This document shows, piece by piece, positions 16,967 to 25,589 of a stretch of DNA of 32,000 nucleotides. Numbering within the stretch: the stretch's first letter is position 1; each line of letters begins with the position of its first letter. The stretch is from Methanothermus fervidus DSM 2088 (lineage in GTDB: Archaea; Methanobacteriota; Methanobacteria; DSM-2088; Methanothermaceae), in the NCBI GenBank assembly GCA_000166095.1, contig CP002278.1:870001-902000 (forward strand), in the 5' to 3' direction. Position numbers and translations under genes: made by a program. The notes beneath the pieces were generated by a model. It saw only the letters and a list, made by a program, of their open reading frames with translations, was not told the origin of the DNA and made no database searches.

Positions 16967-19171
16967 TTATTCTTCAAATTTAGAATCTGTAACTTCCTTA
17001 ATATCCTTTGCAATTTTTTCTCCAATACCTTCTACCTTCATCAGTTCTTTCTCAGATGCATTTATAACATTTTTAACAGATCCAAACTTTCTGAGTAATT
17101 TTTTTGCATTTACAGCTCCTATATGTGGAAGTGATTCTATAACGTAAAGTTGTTTTTCTCTTAAAGTTAATGGCTTCCTTTCCGTACGTATTGGGATTTC
17201 TCTTTTTTCATGAAGTTGCTCACGAACAGCGATACGGTATATAATAGCTGCTGTGTCTTCAGGAGATTGGCTAGGAATTATAGGAATATTAAAATCTAGA
17301 GCTATTGATGCAAGAGCTCCTCTTATTGCATTTGGGTTCATAAACCTGGAATACAAATTTTTACCTTCTAATATTAAAACTGGCCTTGTAAATTCTTCTG
17401 TAAGTCGTTCAGCTTGTTTATATAATCTTTTATCAATTATTGAATTTATGAAATCATCTACAGTTTTTCTTTCAATTCCTACTTCATCGCTTACCTGATA
17501 ATCAGCTACTGCAAGTGATCTAATTTTAATTTTAGCATTTAATTTTGTTAGTTCTCTTAATACTCCTGAATTATATTCCCTAGAATCAGCATAAATGACA
17601 ACTTCTTTTTTATTTTTATGTTTTCTTTCTTTTCTAAATTTTACATGAATAGGTCTTTTTAGTTGTTTCTTCATTTTGTTTTCTTTTCTTATACTTGACC
17701 AGTAATAAGCTTCATCCCTTGTACCTTCTGAAATTAATACAATCATTTTACCTTTTCTTTTTCTTCCAGTCCTTCCTCTTCTTTGAATCATTCTAATCTC
17801 TGATGGAACTGGTTCATAAAGTATTACGGTGTCTACAGCAGGTATGTCTATACCTTCTTCAGCAACGCTTGTGGATATCAATACGTCGTATACTCCTGCC
17901 TTAAATTTTTTTATTATTTCTTTTTGTTCTTTTTGGGATAATCCTTTCTCACCATCTCTACCTCTTTGCCCATAAAACTTAACAGAGGATATGTTATTTT
18001 CTTGACATTTTTTATGGATTTGTTCTACACTATCTCTAAATTGTGTGAAGACAATCACTTTATTTTTGTTTGCGATTTCTTTTTTGAGAATTTTAATTAA
18101 TTCATTTAATTTTGGATGTTCTTGATTTCTCATAAATCTTCTTTCTACCAAAGAAATAGCTTTCCTAAAATATATGTCTTTCACCAACGATCTAGATGCT
18201 TTAGTTTGTTTTTTCTTTAACCTTTCTAAATACTTGTATAATGCATTTATAGTTTGTGTTTCTAGTAGTTCTAATGCATGTTCAATATTTATGGATGCAA
18301 CTAGAAGAGATATTGCAGTGTATAATTTCCTTGAAGAGTCTATTGTAAGCATTTTTTTAAGTTCCTTTCTAGCATCTAATAAATCTTTTTTTGTAACATT
18401 TTCATTTTTTATAATATCCATTCTTTTCAATAGTTTTAGACGACGTTTTAAAGACTTTTCCATGAGTTTTTTAATTCTTATTAATTCATCATCTAGCTTA
18501 ACTTTAACCCATTTAGTTTCTATTGGATTGAAATAAGGTGAAACATCTTTATCTTTTTCAGTTTTTATGATAACGTCATCAATAGATAAATTTTTACATA
18601 CTTCATTTATTTTTTCTTTATCAGATCCTGGAGACGCTGTAAGTCCAATTATTAATGGATTCTCAGCATCTTCTAAATATTTTGAAGCTAAATAAACATA
18701 TGAATATGAACCAACAGCACGATGACATTCATCAAATACAACTAATGAAACATCCTTTAGTGAATAATTTCCCCTTATAAGATCAGACTCTATCGTTTGT
18801 GGTGTAGCACAAATTACTCTAGAATTTTCCCATAATTCCACACGTTTTTTTGGTGGTATGTCACCTGTTAAACAGGAGGTAGGTACTATCATAAACTCTT
18901 TAAATTTTTGATGATGTTGCAATGCTAATGGTTTGCTAGGGGCTAAAATAAGTACTCTAGAGTTTTTATATTTATGAAGACGTTCAGCAGCTACAAGTAT
19001 TGCTATCACAGTTTTACCTAAAGCTGTAGGTGCCACTATCATTGTGTTTTTATTATTTTTTAAAATTTTAGCAGCTATTATCTTTTGATATAATCTAGAT
19101 TCTATTTTATTTTCTTTAATGAGGGGATGGGATATATATTCCAGATCTACTACCCCCATACTTTTTTGCAA
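16967..19171 (-). CDS. hef: Hef helicase-nuclease (XPF/ERCC4 family)
   Basis: 734 aa. SF2 helicase motifs APTALGKT, VFDECHRAV, TASPG, QRRGRTGR. C-terminal ERCC4 nuclease VADYQVSDEVGIERKTVDDF plus HhH2 (IGAVNAKKLL, GIGEKIAKDI). Its stop is 1 nt from the stop of the convergent aldolase gene. Confidence 0.92.
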   Translation of the reverse strand: MQKSMGVVDLEYISHPLIKENKIESRLYQKIIAAKILKNNKNTMIVAPTALGKTVIAILVAAERLHKYKNSRVLILAPSKPLALQHHQKFKEFMIVPTSCLTGDIPPKKRVELWENSRVICATPQTIESDLIRGNYSLKDVSLVVFDECHRAVGSYSYVYLASKYLEDAENPLIIGLTASPGSDKEKINEVCKNLSIDDVIIKTEKDKDVSPYFNPIETKWVKVKLDDELIRIKKLMEKSLKRRLKLLKRMDIIKNENVTKKDLLDARKELKKMLTIDSSRKLYTAISLLVASINIEHALELLETQTINALYKYLERLKKKQTKASRSLVKDIYFRKAISLVERRFMRNQEHPKLNELIKILKKEIANKNKVIVFTQFRDSVEQIHKKCQENNISSVKFYGQRGRDGEKGLSQKEQKEIIKKFKAGVYDVLISTSVAEEGIDIPAVDTVILYEPVPSEIRMIQRRGRTGRKRKGKMIVLISEGTRDEAYYWSSIRKENKMKKQLKRPIHVKFRKERKHKNKKEVVIYADSREYNSGVLRELTKLNAKIKIRSLAVADYQVSDEVGIERKTVDDFINSIIDKRLYKQAERLTEEFTRPVLILEGKNLYSRFMNPNAIRGALASIALDFNIPIIPSQSPEDTAAIIYRIAVREQLHEKREIPIRTERKPLTLREKQLYVIESLPHIGAVNAKKLLRKFGSVKNVINASEKELMKVEGIGEKIAKDIKEVTDSKFEE

Positions 19172-19384
19172 AATTTAACGATGATTAATTTTCATTGTGA
19201 AAGCAATTCACATTATAATTTTTCCATTTCAACTACATAAAGTTAAATTCTAAAATAAGACCAGTTATCTACATACTTCCCAATACATTGATGAAAAATA
19301 AAAATGTCGTTAAAGCCATAAACTTAAAATCATTTGGAATATACCTTATGATATAATGCTACAAATCTTTCTGATACCACACCA

Positions 19385-19846
19385 TCACCTATGAGGTATT
19401 TTACCTAGTCTTCGTAAAATAAAGTAAAGAATAACTCCCATGATTGCTATAGTAAGAAGTATATCTTGTCCCACATGATATATATTCACCAACCATGCTT
19501 GCCTTGTTAATTCACCTATTTTTTCTAAATAGTCTAATGAAAGCATAAAGTATCCCAAAGGCATTATAAATCTAAAACAATAATACGCAAGATCTCCTCT
19601 TTCAACACTTTTAAAAATCTTTGATCCATACTTTCCCCAATATAAAGATAAAAATGCAAGGTAGATACCTGCTAGTGCAGAAGTTACACAAACTCCCAGC
19701 AGAATTACAAACATATGTGTTTTTGCCCAGGGTAGCAAATTAGGCCTGGATTCAACTATCCAATCTAATGTTATGAAAAAAATAAAGAGTATGCCTAATA
19801 TACAAAAGGTCACCTCTAATAATTTTAATCTTGATACCATTGACAT
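19385..19846 (-). CDS. Polytopic membrane protein, function unknown
   Basis: 153 aa with about 4 hydrophobic helices. ATG start. No motif recognised. Confidence 0.55.
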   Translation of the reverse strand: MSMVSRLKLLEVTFCILGILFIFFITLDWIVESRPNLLPWAKTHMFVILLGVCVTSALAGIYLAFLSLYWGKYGSKIFKSVERGDLAYYCFRFIMPLGYFMLSLDYLEKIGELTRQAWLVNIYHVGQDILLTIAIMGVILYFILRRLGKIPHR

Positions 19847-20023
19847 CGCCTATCAATAATATATCTTTTTAAAGAAAAAAAAATAAAAGAGGTCTAGGAG
19901 TTAGTGATCACTTATTTATGTGTATTGTATCTCAGTAGCCTTATTTACATCATTTATGCCTAGTAATATAAGTAATTAGTATAAAATGATTACTATCAGT
20001 GTAAAATGTTAATCATAAATTAT

Positions 20024-20072
20024 TGTACAATGATGTACATGGAGATGTCGCTAAACTTACCTTTAGCGACAT
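20024..20072. promoter_or_regulatory. Two TGTACA palindromes 10 bp apart followed by a perfect 11-bp hairpin
   Basis: TGTACA occurs at 20024-20029 and 20034-20039. ATGTCGCTAAA (20045-20055), a 6-nt loop, then TTTAGCGACAT (20062-20072). Located in the 429-bp divergent intergenic region upstream of the adhesin gene. Confidence 0.3.
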
Positions 20073-20275
20073 ATATGATTTCTAACCTCTACTTAGATGC
20101 GATGGGAAAATGCCTTAACTCATGATTAGAAAACAGTGGTTCGTTTAAATACATAGATTGTGGTGGATGTCCTTTTGACCACTCAGAAACAGCTTTATTC
20201 ATGTTATTAGCATTGCATTGACAAAAGTATAAAATTACATAATATATATAACATAAAATCAGAGGGGGTGCCTAA

Positions 20276-22750
20276 ATGAAGTCTAAAGCTGTATTAATCC
20301 TCTCAACATTGCTAGTTCTGTTGGCAATTTCTCAAGCATATGGAGCTAAAGAAGTTTATCCAGAGTATGGCTCCCTTAAAGATGTAATAGAAAACTCTAA
20401 TCATGGAGAGACAATATTCCTGCATAAAGGGACATATCATGCTTCAGGAATTGTGATAGATAAGAATTTAACTATTGTAGGTGAATATAAGGATGGAGTT
20501 GTAATTGATGCTCTATGGCAAGACCCTATATTCATAATTTCCAGCGGTGCAAATGTAAGGTTGATAAATTTAACATTGACCAATGGAAATGGAGCAGGAG
20601 GTGGTGCAATAAAGAATAATGGATATTTAGTGGTTAAGAACTGTGCTTTTGTGGATAATTATGCTAGCGAAAAGGGCGGTGCCATTTTTAACAATGGTAC
20701 TTTAACAATAAATGGTTGCAGATTTAAAAATAACAAGGTCATCATACTCGGCGGCGGTACTATCTACAATTCTCGTGAAGGTCAGGTTACAATAAGTAAC
20801 AGTGTATTTGTGAATAACAATGCTGCTGTTTTTGGAGGAGCTATAGATAATGATGGTTATTTAACAATCAAAAATTGTGTATTTGAAAACAACACTGCTT
20901 TTATTGGCGGTGCTATCTATAATAATGGTGATTTAACAATAATACATTCCACATTTATTAACAATGGTATAGTGCGGGGATTTGAAGGTACCATCAGTAA
21001 TAATGGTAATTTAACAATAATACATTCTACATTTGACGGAAAGAAAGTTAGCTATAAGAAAGAGAAAGTAACAATGCCAACACCAAAGAAACCACCTATA
21101 AAATCGTCATTTGATTATTTTTGGGTTACAAATACAGATGATGGCTCTGTTTCTAAAGTAGACAAAACAACAATGCAGGAAGTTGCTCGCTATAGAGTTA
21201 ATCCAAATAATAATACTTGGACAAGTAGAATTGCTGTCGACAAAATGGGTAATGCATGGATTGTTAATACCAATGTAGGCACGGTAGTAAAAATTTTAGG
21301 AAATACTACTGGTTTAAACAATACCTCTACAGGACCTAACGACATAAAACCATGGGGACAGGATCAAGCAGTACAATATGAAATTGTATTAATACCAGGA
21401 AAAGAGGGGACATATAAGCCAGGTACATATACAGGAGGTTATGATCCCAAAGGCAAATATGGAGAAAATGGAGCACCATCTCCTAGAGCAATTGCTGTGG
21501 ATAAATATAACAACGTGTGGGTAGGTACATATGGAACCCAGATGTTATATTACATTAATGGTAGTAATGGACAGATAATATATAAATTTAATCTCACAAA
21601 TAATAGTATTCATAATGTTTCTTCTAACTTTAGGCCTTGTAATGCCATTATAGATGAAAACGGATATCTCTGGATTACTGGGGACCTCAGTGGGTCAGTA
21701 TTAAGGGTTGTTTATGACTATAATAATGATACTGTACTCATTAAGAGAATTGATGAAATACCTTTGGGAGGAAACGTAGATTATGCATATGCAATTGCAT
21801 CTGATCATAAAGGTAGGATTTTAGTCACGACGTATTCTAAAATTATCGGTTATCTTTATATTATAGATTCAACAACAGGTAGTATATTAAGAAGTGAAAC
21901 ATTATTACTATATCAGTATCCTACAGGAATTGTAGTGGATGATAATGGGAATATTTGGATTGCATGCTATTATGGCGTAATTAGGTTGGCTAGTGATGGC
22001 AGGATAAAAGCTATAATACGAGTAGGTTATTGGAATACAGGTGTAGGGATAATAAAAAATGAGACAGGATGGAAAATAGTTGTAACGAGTTATAAAGATA
22101 ATCGTGTTTATACAATAGACCCAAATACAAATAAGGTAGACAACAGTGTTGCTGTTGGCCCATGTGGACACTATATGTATGGTGATTTTACTGGATATGA
22201 GATATTAAGAACGTTAGCAGCAGATCTATCAATAGTGAAGAATGCAAGCGCAACAACTGCAAGACTTGGAGACAGAGTTACATTCACAATAACAGTCATG
22301 AACAATGGACCAAACAATGCAACAGATGTGAATGTAACAGATAAGCTACCTTCTGGACTTGAGTTTGTAGGCTGTTATGCAACAAAAGGAACCTACAATC
22401 CAACATCAGGAACCTGGAATTTTACAAATCTAATAAATCTTCTAATAGATAGATGGTTGCATCTTCTTAATATGACATTTTCTGATAATATGACGTGTGG
22501 AATTGATTACTATGTAAAGAATAACAAGGCAAAATTCAGCTTAAAAGTGATTATGCCCACAAAACCACTTAAACTTGGAAAACCACATGTTCTAAAACCA
22601 CCAAAACCAACAAAGATTAAACTCCTAAAGGGAGGAAAAGAAAAGATAGGAAAAAAAATTAAGATACCAGTTACTGGAGTGCCTCTAACTTATCTATTAC
22701 TTGGATTAATCCTAATAATCCTTGGACTATCAGATAGAAGAAAAACATAA
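20276..22750 (+). CDS. Adhesin-like surface protein: signal peptide, PMP-type beta-helix repeats, beta-propeller-like region, DUF11 domain, Lys/Pro stalk, IPVTG sorting signal
   Basis: SD AGAGGGGGTG. Signal MKSKAVLILSTLLVLLAISQAYG. Repeats with GGAI-N-G-L-I-N-F-N (about 20560-21040). Repeated D..GN.W motifs (about 21110-22200). ADLSIVKNAS...VTFTITVMNNGPNNATDVNVTDKLPSGLEF (DUF11-like, 22220-22435). C-terminus KIPVTG-VPLTYLLLGLILIILGLS-DRRKT. Confidence 0.8.
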   Translation: MKSKAVLILSTLLVLLAISQAYGAKEVYPEYGSLKDVIENSNHGETIFLHKGTYHASGIVIDKNLTIVGEYKDGVVIDALWQDPIFIISSGANVRLINLTLTNGNGAGGGAIKNNGYLVVKNCAFVDNYASEKGGAIFNNGTLTINGCRFKNNKVIILGGGTIYNSREGQVTISNSVFVNNNAAVFGGAIDNDGYLTIKNCVFENNTAFIGGAIYNNGDLTIIHSTFINNGIVRGFEGTISNNGNLTIIHSTFDGKKVSYKKEKVTMPTPKKPPIKSSFDYFWVTNTDDGSVSKVDKTTMQEVARYRVNPNNNTWTSRIAVDKMGNAWIVNTNVGTVVKILGNTTGLNNTSTGPNDIKPWGQDQAVQYEIVLIPGKEGTYKPGTYTGGYDPKGKYGENGAPSPRAIAVDKYNNVWVGTYGTQMLYYINGSNGQIIYKFNLTNNSIHNVSSNFRPCNAIIDENGYLWITGDLSGSVLRVVYDYNNDTVLIKRIDEIPLGGNVDYAYAIASDHKGRILVTTYSKIIGYLYIIDSTTGSILRSETLLLYQYPTGIVVDDNGNIWIACYYGVIRLASDGRIKAIIRVGYWNTGVGIIKNETGWKIVVTSYKDNRVYTIDPNTNKVDNSVAVGPCGHYMYGDFTGYEILRTLAADLSIVKNASATTARLGDRVTFTITVMNNGPNNATDVNVTDKLPSGLEFVGCYATKGTYNPTSGTWNFTNLINLLIDRWLHLLNMTFSDNMTCGIDYYVKNNKAKFSLKVIMPTKPLKLGKPHVLKPPKPTKIKLLKGGKEKIGKKIKIPVTGVPLTYLLLGLILIILGLSDRRKT
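20289..20344. repeat. Partner of inverted repeat 9243-9299
   Basis: See 9243-9299. This copy lies in codons 5-23 of the adhesin gene, in the signal peptide. Confidence 0.9.
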
Positions 22751-22901
22751 CGCCTACTTTTTTATATTCTATTTTGTTATTTCCTAAGATTTTTTCTTTG
22801 TGGGTAGCTGTTGAAGTGACACAAAATTTTTTTATAGTCAATTTTTTAATATTTTATACAAATTTTTGAATTTTAGTGGTGCTAGTTGGAGGGACACTCC
22901 T

Positions 22902-23177
22902 ATGGCAAAAGGAGTTGTTTATGTATTAGCTGCGTTAGTTATTTTATTTGGCTTGTTTTTTGTGGCAATATTGCTTAGCCCTACAAAAAGTGGTGAAGAA
23001 GGTATACAAGGTAAGATTTCATCGTTTAAAGAAAAGGTAAAAAATGTTCCAAAACAGATTTCAAATAAACCCACACCTGGCCCTGGTCCTACCCCTCCTG
23101 AACCAGGGCCTACTCCACCAGAACCTACTCCACCTGAAGAATCACAGCAAGGTGGAGAAGTACCTAGCGGCGGATAA
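22902..23177 (+). CDS. Single-pass membrane protein with Pro-rich tail
   Basis: ATG 22902 lies 10 nt after GGAGG; the track start 22866 is TTG. MAKGVVYVLAALVILFGLFFVAILL is a TM helix. The tail is PTPGPGPTPPEPGPTPPEPTPPEE. Confidence 0.6.
   Translation: MAKGVVYVLAALVILFGLFFVAILLSPTKSGEEGIQGKISSFKEKVKNVPKQISNKPTPGPGPTPPEPGPTPPEPTPPEESQQGGEVPSGG
23070..23139 (+). repeat. Imperfect tandem (G)PTPPEP-coding repeat
   Basis: cct ggt cct acc cct cct gaa / cca ggg cct act cca cca gaa / cct act cca cct gaa. Three degenerate units. Confidence 0.6.
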
Positions 23178-23279
23178 CGAATAAATTTTTAGTGTTCTTT
23201 TTTTATTTATTTTTAATTTCGTGACTGTAATATATATATGAGTTTTTTCAGAATATGTATTACCTATTATTGAGGGTCT

Positions 23280-24047
23280 ATGAAAAGTTTCTATATATGG
23301 ACAGTTTTAGTTGTTCTTGTGGCTATGGTGTCTGTTAGCTGTGTTTCAGCTGCAGACACAATTAGTAGTCAACACTCCAATGATACACTCTGTATCATGG
23401 ATGCAACTGGATACACAGCCGATATCAGCACTATTCATTCCGAAATTGAAAAGACAGATGTGATCCTCCAAAGTAAGGATTACACTTGTGGACCAGCAGC
23501 ACTCTCTATGGTCCTCCAGAAACTTGGAATACAGGCAACCGAGGATGAACTGGCAGCACTCGCAGGGACCACAGAGGAAGGGACAACAATGCAAGGTTTA
23601 GTGGAAGCAGCAAAAGCTAAAGGAGTAAATGCAGTAGGAATGAAACTCGGCATAAATGAACTTAAAGAAAACATGATTGTACACCTAATGAAGGATGGCG
23701 AAGGACATTATGCTGTAGTTAAAGAAATAACAGCCAACACCATCAAATTGGCAGATCCAGGTTTAGGGAACATAGAATTATCACTAGAAAAATTCCAGGA
23801 AATCTACACAGGAAATGCTTTAGTAATCAACCAAACAACAAACCAAAACACCTCCAACACAAATAAAACAGAAGAAAACATAACTACATCAAATAAAATC
23901 CTCAGCAAAGAAGAAATGCAGAACATCAAGGGTAAAGGATGGCTAAATAGGCTTTGGAGAAAAATAAAAAGGGCCCTCCTGAGATGGTGGCATTACCAAA
24001 AAGTGTTCCAGCAATATCACTCATATCCTCCTTACGGGGTATGGTGA
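23280..24047 (+). CDS. Secreted peptidase C39-like cysteine protease with Asn/Thr-rich linker and cationic Trp-rich C-terminal tail
   Basis: SD GAGGGT. Signal peptide ...VSVSCVSA|AD. C39 order Q64-x5-C70 (LQSKDYTCGPAALSMVL), H143 (GEGHYAVV), D159 (IKLADPG). Linker with NQT/NTS/NKT/NIT sequons. Tail WLNRLWRKIKRALLRWWHYQKVF. G+C is clearly above the local background. Confidence 0.8.
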   Translation: MKSFYIWTVLVVLVAMVSVSCVSAADTISSQHSNDTLCIMDATGYTADISTIHSEIEKTDVILQSKDYTCGPAALSMVLQKLGIQATEDELAALAGTTEEGTTMQGLVEAAKAKGVNAVGMKLGINELKENMIVHLMKDGEGHYAVVKEITANTIKLADPGLGNIELSLEKFQEIYTGNALVINQTTNQNTSNTNKTEENITTSNKILSKEEMQNIKGKGWLNRLWRKIKRALLRWWHYQKVFQQYHSYPPYGVW

Positions 24048-24123
24048 AAATATAAGCCTGGCAAGCCTTGAGTACAATTATTATCTTTAGGCTTATTAAA
24101 TTTTTTAAGAGGTGGTTATCATT

Positions 24124-24891
24124 ATGAAGGAGTTGAGTGAGTCTCAAAAGACATTTCTTTTGGTTTTTGTGGCTTTTTTGTTGGGTATAGTTACAGGGCC
24201 TCTTATCCCAGCCCTTATGCTTGAATGTATCTATACTCCTTATCCTAATATTCTAGGACCATTTTTAATGTTTTTCGCTTGGCTTTGCATTCTTTCTAGC
24301 TTTAAGAAGGATAATAGGTGGTTTTATGTTCCATTAGCAATTTTCTTGATATTTACTCTAGTCGCTCCATTTTTGGGTATGACGGAGGTTATCCCAAAAG
24401 TGAAAGAGAGAATAGCGCATCCACCAAGCCAAGGATTAATAGGAGTAAAACCTTATTCATTCACTACATTCATAACAATCTTCACTCATAACTCCGGAGG
24501 AAGTATAACAGATTATCTTTCAGGAGTTAGTATAATTTTACCTTTCCTAGCAGAGGCAATATGGGATCTTTATTTCTCTACTATGACGGCCGCATTTATA
24601 TCCTATTGGCACTGGAAGGGCCTAAAAGTCATTCTTGGTAGTATCTTTATATACTTTGAATACTCTGCATCATATTTATCTTTCATTGCGGGTGCAAATG
24701 TAAGTCGTTATATGTTTAAAGCCATAATAGATGTTTTGAGGACTCGTAGGATCCGTGGGAATTTCAAAGAGGTTAAAGAGGCCTTTAAATGGGGATTAAA
24801 ACTGGTTGGAGTCAGTATTGTTCTCTTCTTTGTGGCTGCAATCTTTGAAACTTGGTGGGCGCCATGGTGGTACAAACAAATATTTCCATGA
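24124..24891 (+). CDS. Polytopic membrane protein, C-terminal half SpoIIM/DUF95-like
   Basis: ATG 24124 lies 8 nt after AGAGGTGG; the track start GTG 24112 is inside the SD. About 7 TM helices. IFTHNSGGS, FEYSASYL and VAAIFETWW resemble the IFxNN / HGxxE / AAxxE pattern of SpoIIM-type proteins (memory-based, moderate confidence). Elevated G+C, like its upstream neighbour. Confidence 0.55.
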   Translation: MKELSESQKTFLLVFVAFLLGIVTGPLIPALMLECIYTPYPNILGPFLMFFAWLCILSSFKKDNRWFYVPLAIFLIFTLVAPFLGMTEVIPKVKERIAHPPSQGLIGVKPYSFTTFITIFTHNSGGSITDYLSGVSIILPFLAEAIWDLYFSTMTAAFISYWHWKGLKVILGSIFIYFEYSASYLSFIAGANVSRYMFKAIIDVLRTRRIRGNFKEVKEAFKWGLKLVGVSIVLFFVAAIFETWWAPWWYKQIFP

Positions 24892-25167
24892 GAGATTCTC
24901 TTTCATTGTTCAGCTATATGTGTTGATGATATTCTATTTTTTAATGCCATGCTTTCTCTCAGTATTGATTATTGGACCATTGAAGAAGTCCTGGTCTCCA
25001 GTACACACATCAATAATACATACTTTTTATTAAAAATTAAAATAGGGTTATAATATCTCTTTACTTAACAGTTTTTTATTGTATGTCCGAACGTACACAT
25101 TAGTGCAGTTAACATATATGCATAAAATAAAAAAATTTTATTTTAAGAATAAATAGGAGTGTAGTTG

Positions 25168-25479
25168 ATGAAGAATATTATTTTTTTAGCATTACTAGTA
25201 GGCGTGGTAATTGGATTAAGTATTGGATTTATGAGCAACAATGTTAATAATATCAATTCTATCTTTAAGAATGGCACAGTACAAGAATCTAAGAGTTCAA
25301 ATCGTATAAGTTACGTTAACAGTGAAAAATCATATTCATGGACTTGTCCTAACTGTGGAGGACATTCATATCACATAGAAGAGCATATAGGATACGATGA
25401 AAATGGTAGTATAATTGGAGGTTCAAAATACCGTGTATGTGATAATTGCGGATACAAAGAGGAAATTGGAGTCGGTTAA
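25168..25479 (+). CDS. N-terminally anchored small protein with CxxC...CxxC zinc ribbon
   Basis: ATG 25168 lies 6 nt after AGGAGTG. The TM helix is NIIFLALLVGVVIGLSIGF. WTCPNCGG ... RVCDNCGY form a 4-Cys ribbon. Confidence 0.55.
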   Translation: MKNIIFLALLVGVVIGLSIGFMSNNVNNINSIFKNGTVQESKSSNRISYVNSEKSYSWTCPNCGGHSYHIEEHIGYDENGSIIGGSKYRVCDNCGYKEEIGVG

Positions 25480-25589
25480 CAATGTCAAGAGACAACAGTG
25501 AACCACATAGCAAAGTTGATTAAAAGATCAAAGATAACTATACTTTCTTTTTGCATTTCTTATTTATCGTAGTTTATAATTTTACAAAT

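Noticed and set aside
19890-19955. Partial C/D-like pattern on the minus strand: AAUGAUGU, 11 nt, CUGA, then GUGAUCA
   Set aside because: Box C and box C' each deviate from consensus, no box D (CUGA) follows at about 12 nt, and the D'-C' spacing is too long.
20089-20202. 37-codon minus-strand ORF (MNKAVSEWSKGHPPQSMYLNEPLFSNHELRHFPIASK) in the adhesin upstream region
   Set aside because: No SD, no recognisable motif, and too short to judge. It could be a gene remnant but there is no support.
22430-22560. Suspected frameshift inside the DUF11-like domain of the adhesin, because the sequence after TWNFTNL looks atypical
   Set aside because: Both alternative frames hit stops within a few codons. 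The main frame still shows alternating beta-strand patterning (LHLLNMTF, KAKFSLKV) and continues into the stalk and sorting signal. The domain is divergent, not broken.
24806-25033. 75-aa plus-strand ORF overlapping the end of the SpoIIM-like gene; its tail could be a separate 35-aa hydrophobic peptide (ATG 24926, MIFYFLMPCFLSVLIIGPLKK...)
   Set aside because: The 5' part overlaps a better-supported frame. The short version has no SD and no Gly-Gly leader that would link it to the C39 peptidase. It is worth a Ribo-seq look but not supportable as a gene.
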